Assembly: GCA_030141605.1 (NCBI GenBank)
Contig: JAQGDQ010000195.1
Span: 186,001-250,000 of the forward strand
Direction of reading: 5' to 3'
Source: Tubiluchus corallicola
Taxonomy: Eukaryota; Animalia; Priapulida
Length of the DNA: 64,000 nucleotides
In this document: positions 23,043 through 34,817 of the stretch, in pieces
Layout of the letters: the number at the start of each line of letters is the position of its first letter
Numbering within the stretch: position 1 is the first letter of the stretch
Program-made: the position numbers and the translations under genes
Notes under the pieces: model-generated
What the model saw: the letters and a program-made list of their open reading frames with translations, nothing else
Databases searched by the model: none
Told to the model about the DNA's origin: nothing

Positions 23043-26000
23043 ATGCTTGAAGAAGAGAATAATTCTTTTTTGGTGATAATGGTGGTTGTTGGAGCTTTGT
23101 TTGGTGGTTACATTATAACGTCTGTAATACTGCTAAAGCACCCTACTCTAATACATAAGCGCAAATCCCCGAAGTTTCGTTGTAAACACATTAGTCATAG
23201 AGGAGGTACAATATTTCCTTTCTTAATTATTAATGCTTTGGCCAGCACAATTGAGTTATAGGAGATACGTTGAAAGCGTTATTACCACCCCACTTCCTTG
23301 TATTTTAGTTGGAACAAACCCCCGAGTGAAACGGAGAAGAATAATAACATTAATTTTATAAGATAGATTGAAGATTAAATTTTTTCATCTTTAACCAAAC
23401 AATTTTTGTTCTGTTTTGCTGGGCGTCTATGGTCACCACACTTTACTTATACAAATCAGGCCTCAGTTGATTCCTGACAAGTAATGGTTGAACACATCTT
23501 AACAATTCACATAGTTGTACTAAAATGAAATGAATTCAGTATTAAGTCACATTTTTTCCCTTCAAACAATGTTGAGTGTTGAAGTTTAACTATACAGTAC
23601 GCAGATTTTTTATTTGCTGTTTGTTTTGCTTAGTATTGATTCAAAATTTAACAGACACAATTTTCATTTACAGGTGCCGGAGAAAATTTGGAAAACACGA
23701 TAACAGCTTTCGATCAGTAAGAAAAGTTGTTTGAAAATCTTTCCCCATATAATATTAATATAATGCTAATGTTTAATGTATCGCATTCGTGATAAAATTA
23801 CTAAATTGTTTTTTGTTGTTATAAAGAACAATACTTTAACTAAAGCAACTCATTGTTTTTCAAGATTTCCCCTATTGCATAATGGATTTTTCCTTTTCCA
23901 CAGAATAAATCGGAAGTGGTTCTACCAAGCCACTGGCATAGCAGTGTCTAGTTTTTTGCTGTATTACTGCTGTGATTACCTGTCTTGAGGGCAGATTTCT
24001 TTTATTTTAGAGTTCTGCCTGCCCTATGTCTACAACAGACGTAATGGCTAGATGATGATGATGATGATAGCTAAAATGATGAATATTGCTTGTATTGGAA
24101 TGGGGTTCATGAAAGTTTTTGGCTCCTCGCGCCCAGTAATGGATAGTAAATTTGAATTGACGTTATGTAGGGAAAATCACTTTACTAATTATGTATGATT
24201 GACTGGTTGTGTCTGGCAGGTTTCTGACCAATTTCAAAATGGTTGACTAATATAAGTTCTAACCCATCTATTCTTCTTATCTGCTTACTTGATCTGGCTT
24301 ATTAAATTCAAGCATTTGCACATCAAAATTGTACGTCATTCCATAGTAAGTTTTACAAAGTACCACTTGCTGCTGCTGTCGCCTAGTGTAAGATAATAGT
24401 ATCATTTACGTTTACTTTTTTCTATTTTAGTGCTTTGAGTGTTGGCACTGAGATGCTGGAGATTGACTGCCAGCTGACCAAAGATGGAGAAGTTGTGGTT
24501 TCGCATGATAACAATCTACAGCGTTTGACAGGACAAAATACTTTAATCTCAGATACAAATTACAAAGTAAACATGAAAATTGTGTGCTTCTAAATTCTGT
24601 TAACAGCAGTAATTAAGGGCTTTCACAGAGTGTACGTACATTGGTGCCAGCTCTAGGTTTGTGGCCGGGTGATTTAGACTGTAGAAAATGCTCTGTAATC
24701 TCGTTTGTGGGTTAAAGCCTTGTAGCTGCCATCATCGGAAGATATTTGCTTTAGACACATTTATTGTCATTTTTGTGTGATTATATTGCCTTCCTGTATC
24801 TGCCAGTCATGCTGTGTCAATTCTGTCTGTTAAATGAACACTTGTTATTCCTGCTTCATCAGAACTCCGTTCAATTCTGTCTAGTAAATGAACACCGGTT
24901 GTTCCTACTTCATCAGAACTCCCTTCAATTCTGTCTGTTAAATGAACAACGGTTGTTCCTACTTCATCAGAACTCCCATCAATTCTGTCTGTTAAATGAA
25001 CAACGGTTGTTCCTACTTCATCAGAACTCCCTTCAATTCTATCTGTTAAATGAACAACGGTTGTTCCTACTTCATCAGAACTCACATCAATTCTCTCTGT
25101 TAAATGAACAACGGTTGTTCCTACTTCATCAGAACTCACATCAATTCTGTCTGTTAAATGAACAACGGTTGTTCCTACTTCATCAGAACTCCCTTCAATT
25201 CTGTCTGTTAAATGAACAACGGTTGTTCCTGCTTCATCAGAACTCCCTTCAATTCTGTCTGGTAAATGAACAACAGTTGTTCCTACTTCATCAGAACTCC
25301 CATCAATTCTGTCTGCTAAATGAACAACGGTTGTTCCTACTTCATCAGAACTCCCTTCAATTCTGTCTGGTAAATGAACAACGGTTGTTCCTGCTTTATC
25401 AGAACTCCCATCAATTCTGTCTGTTAAATGAACAACGGTTGTTCCTGCTTCGTCAGAACTCCCATCAATTCTGTCTGTTAAATGAACAACAGTTGTTCCT
25501 GCTTCATCAGAACTCACATCAATTCTGTCTGGTAAATGAACAACAAGTAATGCTAACTAAGTGGGTACTGTTAATGTTATGAGGCATATGTGGGATTGGT
25601 TTGTTATAAAAATATGTATGTAGTAACATTCTTATGGTTTTCAGGATTTGCCATTGTTGAAGCCGCATCTGCCTTTAGAGTTTGATACAAGTATGTTGTT
25701 ATTGTTAGCACATTAACTCCTTCAGGACTGTAGGCATTTGTTGCATTTTGCATGGGTTCATGAAAGCAGTGATTACATTACTTTTGATCATTTTTGTAGG
25801 CTCCTACTCCTCACACAATGCAATGCATGAAAAATTTTATATGAAAGTGCATTTGCTTGCCTTAGACAAATTAAAAATCAAGTTTTGACGAAAAAATGGG
25901 AAAAAGTTTTCGGTAACTGCAGTGTTTGCGCTGTAATGATGTACAGCGTCACTTGTGTGAAATCGGCTAATGTAGAAAACTTCAGCTATCCAGACACAAC

Positions 26001-29000
26001 ACTGTGATACACTTTGGCTTCAAGTCTCTTCTTTTAAGGAGAAATTCTTGGCTGATCAGTTGGCTGTTTCTGAAACTCTGTACAACAGACGGTTCTGTTG
26101 GACTGAAGCAAGCACGCTATCAATAAATTGGTGCTTAAAATCACGCAAGTGTACACGAGACTGAGCTACTCAATAGGCTATGTTGAAGTACCTGAAAAGG
26201 CCGTGGTTTTTTTCTTAATTTTATCCAATTAAATCACTTATAAATGTTTAAACAAATAGCATAGTTGGATAGCCGTGATTCTCCTGAATAGAGCAGTACC
26301 TAATTTGTAATCATTTATCTCTATCTATGCTCATACAGCAGTAGAAATATCATAGGTCTTATAGAACCTACTTTGAATGGTGCGGTTCTGAAGGAGTTAA
26401 TAGTTCTTGTCAGTTGTCGTGGTTACCGTGATTGCTGTCTAGCTGTTACTGTATTTAATTATATGAACTTCTGTGTTTTGCAAAGTCAGTACTTTTATAT
26501 GGCTGAATTTGTATTTGTTGCATTCTTTTGTGATCTTTGTTTGCACGTTAAAGCTTAGAATCAAGAATGATCTTGAATACCATCTTATGTTAAACTCTAT
26601 GTGATGTATGGCATTCTGCTGAACATATTGCATCTTAGTACATTATTTGTATGTATGCTTAAAGGATAAATTAATTTTAAGGGATGTTTTAATAAAATTA
26701 TTCAGTCTTTTGAACTTTCAAAAGCAGTTTTTTTGCAAAAGTGAAATAAAATGCATTTTATTCCATTGCATTTTTTTAGGTTCTCAAAATTTTGAATTTA
26801 TGCTTTATGGTTCACTGCTAAAATGATTTACAGAAACTTATTTTTCCATTTCTAGGATACGTAATCAAAGGGACGGACCGTAAAATTCCTTTGCTAAGAG
26901 AGGTTTTTGAAAAGTATCGAGACGTTCCAATAAACGTTGATATTAAAACACCAAATATTCAGCTCGTTAAAGCTGTAAGTTTTCTTAATATACCTAAACT
27001 GCAGTGAGGTGAGATGGAATTTTGATAAAAGTCCAATTTTGAAATGCAGTTGCAGTAGGGCACCACTAACACAGAATCAAGCTGTATTAGAAATATTCTG
27101 GAAACACCCAATTTTTTCAAGTATGCATAATGACGGCTGCCATTTTCATTTTGTTTAAACTGTAAATGTTTGCAGATGGCAGCCGCGCATGATAGCGTCC
27201 AATAAAAACTTTACCGTCGTTCTGTTTGTTCAGCACAATTAAGTGATTCAGTCAGTTTATGCTCAATCTAGTAGGTTTGTCATTTTACCATAAAATGTTG
27301 TTACAGGCTTTATACGTGCTAACAGGCTTGTTGTACAGCTGTGGTTGGGTCGTTAAAGTGTTGGTGAAAATGTAAATTTGTGCGAAATGAAACAATTTCC
27401 AAACCTCAGACGTGTGAAAGAACCGTTTTTCTTTTATTTGCTAAATACTTTGTCAGAGATTTGTCTTCCTGTCCCAAACCAAACTGTAGTAACATCAGTG
27501 TTGCAGTTTACTTATTGCTACATTCATGCCTCATTATAATGCTCCCCCCCCCCCCCCTTATAATGGCAACCTCACTTAATGCCCATATTTTTCACAAAAC
27601 AAAAATGTCTATGTTTGCATAGACATTTATGTATTAATGCACATCATTATAATGGCCAAATTCGCCTAATGCCAATTTCTCTTGCTGTCCACAGTAGGCA
27701 GTATAAACACATTTGACTGTAACTTTAAAAGCAGCATAGTTATCATTACACTGCATCTCTCTTTCCCTCTGTACAGTTTTTTGGAGTATTTGAACTGCTT
27801 TTTTATACCAGCCACTACGCATGGATAGATGCAAGTCATTATAAAAAACTAACGAAAGTGCACTCTATGTCGTGACATTTTTTGCAGCTTCAGCCTGATG
27901 CTATGTACGAGTTTAATAAAAATAAAGAAGTAAAAATGCATGATTTGGGAACGTATTTTGACGGAGAGAAAAGTCTAAATATTTAAATTGTTAATAAACT
28001 TGACCCAAACAATCATACAAAACTGAAGAAGACTTTTCAAAAAAAAATCAATAATCCTGTAACATTCTACAGCTTTTAAAACGTAAGCAGTAGAACAAAG
28101 AAGTTCCACAACGATGCTTTTTGTATAATGAAATTGTCCATAATCAAGTTCCATGAGCTTTTTATCTGTTTTTCAAGTAATGTTTTGGTTTCTATTTATC
28201 GACCTTGTAATTAACAAATAATGTTGACTTTCCATTGATTCGTTGATTTTCGTTGATTGCTTTCAGGTATCGGCGCTAGTCAAAGAATTCCAAAGAGAAG
28301 CGATAACTGTCTGGGGAAATATAAAACATGATACAGTTTTGCAGTGCAATAAAGAGGTGTGAATTGACTATTTATTTTTGCTGTTTTGTTCTAAAGTTCT
28401 CTAGAGATTACAGGACAATTATTGTTCATTATTTTCACGATTTTACGTTTTAGATAATTAATAGAAAAATCCTCATTTAAATTGTATGTTTCATAACCAC
28501 ATATATGACTGAGATTTAGGTATAATAATAATAATAATAATGTATTTATTTACAAAGAACTCTTTCATTTAAACTTTTTCAAACTTGCTATACAATTAAA
28601 AACATTTAGGTGAAATAATAAAAAAAACTATAGTATGATTAGGCCTATCTATAAATCAAAAACAATTGCAAAACATTCCCGACTTATACATTTGAATACT
28701 ACTTAAAAAGATGAGTTTTCACCTTCCTTTTAATAGAATTTAAATGCCAGCATTCTGTAATTTCATTTGGTAGATTATTCCAACTCTCTGGCACAATAAG
28801 ATTAATAATGTGTTTATTGTGATTCAGTGGTGCAAACTGGGATGGCTATGTACTGCCGTTTTACCAGTGGCGCAAGTATTTTAAATTTTTAGGAATTTTC
28901 TTTAACATTTACGTAAGTCTTTCAAACAGAAAAAGTGTTTGTTGTTTGGTTACGCTGTTATTGTTGCACATAATGGACATATCTAATAGTCCAAACTGTG

Positions 29001-32000
29001 TGCCTTTTTTTAAAATTGATTAAAGCAAATTTTAAAGTATATCTCAAAGAACTTTCCGTACAAAATTATATTACGTATTAAAAATAATTTATAAGAACTA
29101 TCCATTTACGAGCAAAATAATGGCAGCAAAGCTAAAATTAGGTAAGAAAACATTGAAGACTATTAACTAATAACATGGAACATTAATAATTTTTTATTGA
29201 TGAACAGAAAAAATTTTCATTTAAAAATGCAAGCAAAGTGGTTTTAATGTGAGTTCAAAATATTTAGCTTGAAAATTCATTGTCAACTGGAAAATGGTGC
29301 AAACTAAATCTCTGCAGATTGAACTTCAAAGTCTTGTTTGCGAAGCAGTATTTTTGAAACACGCCATTCGAAGAGATAGAAATTGATAGAAATTTTTGGT
29401 TGTGTTTTTTGTAATCCTCGTATGAGTTGCTGTTTAGCGGACCCCGTATTACAGTAAGGTACATTGCCAAGTAACGCGCCATGTTAATAATATTGTCTGG
29501 TTTTAGCAGCATATACATGAACGTACATTTAACAGCTCTTTTAATACTAGTGCAACTTGTGCGCTTGGAAAATTTATTCATCAGCACGTCCTCACAAAAT
29601 GCGCAAACATCTGCAGCAGGCATTATTTATATATTTTACAGTATTCATTACAGAATTGAATACAATTGCGTAGTGACAATCTTGTGTGTATATGATACAC
29701 TTTAGCATTTCTTAAGAGAAATTTCCATTTGTTTTCTTTTTTAATTTTCCTGTGGAATTGTGTTTCCGGCATGTCATCGTGTGATGTCACGCACCTGCCA
29801 CAAGCTTATATGCAATGTGTAATTTCTTACTAGCAGTCTGTTACAGTACATTGTGTAGTTATTTAACAAAAATTGAACATAAAAAATAATGAAAAAATTT
29901 TTGGTTTACTGTTCTAGAAAACTTCTTCACTTACCAAAATTTTGTAAATTGAAGTCTTGGCTAAGTCTGTTGCCCTGCTGCATGAAATGCGTAGTAAAGC
30001 ATTCGTAGGCCATGTGGACTGTGATTGCTAGCATTTTTCTAAATCATAAAGTTTTAAAAAAACATGCTAGTCTTTGAAGAAACTTGTAGGTGGCAAAGTT
30101 TGCCTGGCGAAATGTAAATGGATATCTAGCATAAAGGAGTGCTTTATTCACGTAGCATTTTAGCGAAGTAACGTAATGTCTTAGTGTAATATCAAGCATG
30201 AGGAATGCATGAGTACTTTATTCGCGTAAGATTTTAGCGAAGTAATGTAATGTCTTAGTGTAAGTTCTTTGAAATGCACAATAAATTTCAGTTGACTTGT
30301 CCTTTAAATTTCTAGTTTTGTTAAACTGTTGTATTTTAAAAATCAAGTAGTTTTCTTTTTCTTTTTGTTCCAGAATCCAAACATTCCTATTTTGTTTTCA
30401 TTTCGTCGTGTCGTTACCACTTGCCTCATGTTCTGGGGAGGACTGTTGCCTTTCGTGCCAATAAAGGAAGGCTTCTTGGAAATTTTCTTGCCACCAAGTT
30501 TAATCAGGTTTGTTTTTAGTTCAATAGCTTGCACTTGTATATATTGTATCTATTGGCTCACATTTACATTAACTATATCTTTTGGCTTACATTTGTATAA
30601 ACCATGTCTGCTTAGCTCATATTTACATAAACCACATATGTTAGCTTATATTTACACAAACAATATCTGTTAGCTCATACTTACATAAACCACATATGTT
30701 GACTTACTTTTACACAAATAATATCAGTTAGCTCATATTTACATAAGCCACATATGTTGACTTGCATTTACATAAATAATATCTGTTAGCTCATATTTAC
30801 GTAAACCACATATGTTAGCTTGCGTTTACATAAACAATATCTGTTAGCTCATATTTACGTAAACCACATATGTTAGCTTGCATTTACATAAACAATATCT
30901 GTTAGCTCATATTTACGTAAACCACATATGTTAGCTTGCATTTACATAAACAATATCTGTTAGCTCATATTTACATAAACCACATATGTTGACTTGCATT
31001 TACATAAACAATATCTGTTAGCTCATATTTACATAAACCACATATGGTAGCTTGCATTTACATAAATAATATCTGTTAGCTCATATTTACGTAAACCACA
31101 AATGTCGACTTGCATTTACATAAACAATATGAGTTGGCTCATATTTACATAAACCACATATGTTGGCTTACATTTATATAAACCATGTCTGATTAGCTCA
31201 TATTTACATAAACCACATATGTTAGCTTGCATTTACATAAATAATATCAGTTAGCTCATATTTACATAAACCACATATGTTGACTTGCTTTTACCTGAAC
31301 AATATCTGTTAGCTCATATTTACCTGAACAATTTCTGTTAGCTTTCATTTACACAAATTGTTTCTATTAGATCACATTTACATAAAGCATGTTCACATAA
31401 AGCTACCAAGTAGGGTCAATTTGCTGAGTTACCCCAAAAAATTACGAGAATTGGAGTTTTCTTGTAGTGTTTTGCCCAGAGAATAGCATATCCAAATTAA
31501 ACCAAAATTTGATTACTGCAAAGGGATTAATTATGTTCTCAATAAGATGGCCAAAATGAATGGGTATTTAGTCTACAAAAATGGTGAGAAAATGCTCATT
31601 TTGATTCAAAAGCACAAAACTTTGCACAGTGCTAGAGCTCATTAAGGTGATTAATTTTGATTTTGGAGTCAATCAAAATTCGTCCTATATAACCACAATT
31701 TTTAGGACGGCTGATAATATGGGTGTTGCTAGCTCATAGCGGCTATATCTTAGCTATCAGCGCATACAAAATAATTTTGGTGTCTAAATATAGGTTTTCA
31801 AGGTCAAGGAATTCATATCTGATGCTTAAGAGGATTGATACATTATCACCCAATTTCAAGATGGTGCTAAGATGGTTGCAAATGTTGCACAAAATGGCGA
31901 AATTGCTCATTTTGCTTTAAAAACACAAACCTTGCAAAATGCTAAAACCCATCCATTTGATTATTTTGGATATGGAGCCAATCAAAAATGATCCAATATG

Positions 32001-34254
32001 TCCACAGCCATCAAGATGGGCAACAAGATGGCTGTTGCCATCTTTTAGGAATTGCGAACAACCTGTTTTGTCAACTAACATGCACGTACTGTCGCAATGT
32101 AGCAAGGTCATTTTTGAATGCTGGGTTTCTCACTTGGTTTCTCAAATGAATATTGCACATATAGTATAATATAATACTTTTTGGTAAATTCTTGCACTTT
32201 GCTTAATGTCTGTAACAGGCAAATACCTTAGGTATACACTTTTTCATGAAACTGCGAATGCCGTGGGCATTGAAAAAACTACAAAAATCATCGGTTCTGT
32301 CAGTTTTTACTAGTTATGACCAGATTTCAGATTTCAGGCGAGGAACAAGGTAGCCTGGTCTGCATAGTCAGCGTTGAATAGGCAACAGAAGAATTTGGTG
32401 TCTCTAAGCATTATTTCTAGCACTAAAAAGCTCTTACCTCATGTTTTATGCTTGAACGTTTTACTGCACTCTAGTATTGTCAAAGCCAACACACGTGTCA
32501 AAAGAGTGTCAACAACTTATTAAATGTTGTTACCAGCAAGTGAAATGGTGATGTTGCAGATGTAAATGCGTTCAAGCAAGTTTCACCATAGATATGTTTT
32601 TAAATAAAATTAACAAATAGGTCTTAATAAATATGTAATTATTATTATAAATAATAGATAGGTTTTAATGATAATAGTACTCGTAAACTCACATGCACGG
32701 TCATATTTACATTTTACAAACAACACTTACTTGGAGTTCGCAGTGAAGTTTTACCAACTATCATAAAAAATATTGCGGATCGAGTGATGGAGCATATTTT
32801 CATATAAATTCATAATTCTGTGATGCCATATTTTAAAATAAGTATACCAACATTTCTATAGTATATCCCCCGCCTCACAATCTAGTAATATAGTCTTAAA
32901 ATGATGTTTCATACCCCAACGAATTAAATTTTGATACCAGACTTGAAAGACAGTAAATGTGAAAAAGTTGCGGTTGAACCAGAGACTTTCTGATTACATT
33001 GCAGACACCTTAACCACTAGGCCACTGCTTTTCCGGTGCTCAAGGCTGTACAATATTTATCCCTGTTAGTAGTCCTAACCTATAATTGTTTCCTTTTGCA
33101 GGAAAAATAAAGATTATTTTGATAACAACCGCCACATCTGGTTTTTGCTGTGGCTAATCGACAAGTAAGTACTTTCGGCTAAAACTGTTAATTATTTCTT
33201 AACTAATCATTGTGATAGGGAGGTAAATATTTCACTGGTTACCATTCGTCTAACAGTTGAAGTTAAGCAACACTGAGCTTGGTCAGTGAATGGATAGGTG
33301 ACTTTAATTTTTTGCATTTCTTCTTAATCGAGTATTTAGTTCACTGAAGAAGGTGTGTCGGAACTTGGCCAAGACACCTTTCCATGTCCAGTATCTATTC
33401 TGTGGTAGGTTCTGACCCTACCACACTATCTACATTGAGCTAAGGGCTGAATGCTGGCTTGCAGAGTGTGTTAAAAATAATTTCATAACCCTCGTCTATC
33501 ATTGGTGGATTTCAAAACAATCTCAGGCATCATTACTATACATCTGTTGTTTCTCTTATCTACATTGTGGCATTATCTGAAAGGAATTGCCATTTTTATG
33601 TACTAACTGGTTACCTGGGTGTCCCATAACAACCAGCTCAGAAAAGGAAGCTGTAATTAGTGAGATCCATCAGACTGACAGTATGTCGCACCAATGTCAG
33701 CTGCTTGACCCAGATGAGACGCGGGCTTCCCTGGGGGCGAGATCAGTTGGTTGGCTGAGGTCAGGAGGTAGCTAAAAGGACTTGCCTCCTGACAACTGCA
33801 CATGGTGTCTCAACGGAGGTGTTCAGGTGTGGATCCGCCCACTCCCTTAGCAAGGTAAATGACACTGTACCATTGAACACTGTGGCAGAACAAATTGTCT
33901 GGAAGTTGAACCATGGCCCAACTAAAATATCTTGAATGACAAAAATACAAGCTATAATTTTTACAAAAACAATGTCTATTGTTCACTGTAATGTTTTACC
34001 ACCAAACTTCCCTCTGGGGATAACAACGATGCACTTGAGTGATTATTACATCAAGTTTCCCGAGTTCCAACTCTGCTCGAAGTATAGGGTAAAGGGAGTA
34101 AGATAATCTCGAAGGGTAACTTCCAAAAATTGAGATTAATACTGTAGAATTTAAGATTACACAAACTATGTAGTTTTGGGTAGAACAAATCCTGAATGGA
34201 AATTATGGTTCTGTGCATGATGATGGTGAAAACGGGGATAATGATGACAACAGC

Positions 34255-34300
<46 letters not shown>

Positions 34301-34568
34301 GTAATGATGGTGGTAATGACGATAAGGTTAATAATTAATATTTAATATTTTCAGATTAATGATCAACAAAGTCATGTTCAGACATCTTGAAGAGCGAGGC
34401 ATACAGACGTACCTGTGGGTGCTGAATGAGGAGGAGGATTGGTTGAGAGCAGAGCAACTCGGAGTGACTGGAGTGATGACAGATTTTCCTGCCAAGTACA
34501 GCGAGTGGCTGCAGCGTCGTCATGGTGACGGTAAAGAAAAGTTGGTTAAGAGTCAACAGCGACTCTGA
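23043..34568 (+). CDS. GDPD1: Lysophospholipase D GDPD1/GDE4 (glycerophosphodiester phosphodiesterase domain), 9 exons, 335 aa
   Basis: Exons 23043-23205, 23674-23716, 24431-24566, 25645-25690, 26856-26974, 28267-28356, 30374-30507, 33102-33164, 34355-34568 (1008 nt, all GT-AG). Motifs HISHRGGAGENLENT, MLEIDC, VVVSHD, INVDIK, TVWGN, GLLPFVPI, WVLNEE, GVMTDFP. Alternative ATG at 23079. Confidence 0.96.
23911..24068 (+). mobile_element. SINE-like 3' fragment with (GAT)n tail, copy 1
   Basis: CGGAAGTGGT...GCAGTGTCTAGTTTTTTGCTG...TCTGCCTGCCC...GATGATGAT; homologous to 47770-47925 and 59828-59975. Confidence 0.75.
24817..25544. repeat. 54-bp minisatellite, ~13.5 copies, GDPD1 intron 3
   Basis: Unit TCAATTCTGTCTGTTAAATGAACAACGGTTGTTCCTACTTCATCAGAACTCCCA; explains the 18-aa repeat ORFs on both strands. 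Confidence 0.98.
25717..26396. mobile_element. piggyBac-type non-autonomous element (680 bp)
   Basis: TTAA on both sides (25713-25716, 26397-26400); TIRs CTCCTTCAGGACTG / CGGTTCTGAAGGAG (12 of 14 match). Confidence 0.8.
28520..28800 (-). mobile_element. LINE (CR1/L2 group) 3' end relic
   Basis: Minus translation IVPESWNNLPNEITECWHLNSIKRKVKTHLFK* (WN.LP motif), followed by AATAAA and a (TTA)n tail. Confidence 0.65.
30560..31385. repeat. 58-bp minisatellite made of two diverged ~29-bp halves, GDPD1 intron 7
   Basis: CTGTTAGCTCATATTTACATAAACCACATATGTTAGCTTGCATTTACATAAACAATAT recurring with period 58 (e.g. 30841, 30899). Confidence 0.95.
32965..33030 (-). mobile_element. tRNA-derived SINE head / tRNA pseudogene
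   Basis: Minus strand A box TGGCCTAGTGGTTAAG and B box GGTTCAACC; no clean cloverleaf. Confidence 0.6.
33225..33305 (+). mobile_element. 5S rRNA-derived fragment (SINE3-like head)
   Basis: GAAGTTAAGCAACACTGAGCTTGGTCAGTGAATGGATAGGTGACT aligns by eye with the 5S box A-IE-box C region; similar weaker copy near 41395-41445. Confidence 0.6.
34255..34300. repeat. (GAT)n microsatellite
   Basis: Direct reading. Confidence 0.97.
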
Positions 34569-34569
34569 A

Positions 34570-34817
34570 AGTTCAGTGATTTTTCTGTCAGAAGAAATCA
34601 GTGAGCTTGCATTTAACTGTTGTTGGCAGTTATGAATTTACTTACTTAAGTTTCATTGCCCCTTAAGTAAGACCTAAGTCACTTGCTATTCCCTAGTCCC
34701 AGTTCAGTAATTTTTGAGTCACAAGAGATCAGTGAGCATACATTTAACTGTTATTGGGAATTATGAATTTACTTAAGTATATAACCCCTTGAGTAAGACC
34801 TAAGTCACTTGCTGTTC
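34570..34817 (+). repeat. Two-copy tandem duplication (~130 bp) directly after the GDPD1 stop codon
   Basis: AGTTCAGT..ATCAGTGAGC..ATTTAACTGTT..TTATGAATTTACTTA..AGTAAGACCTAAGTCACTTGCT at 34570 and 34701. Confidence 0.85.

Noticed and set aside
24764-25582. 272-aa and 236-aa repeat ORFs as real genes
   Set aside because: Produced by a 54-bp (multiple of 3) minisatellite inside a GDPD1 intron; no unique coding flanks.
31410-32140. Internal direct repeats with AAGATGG/AAAATGG motifs
   Set aside because: Probably a decayed DNA element, but ends and TSD could not be defined.
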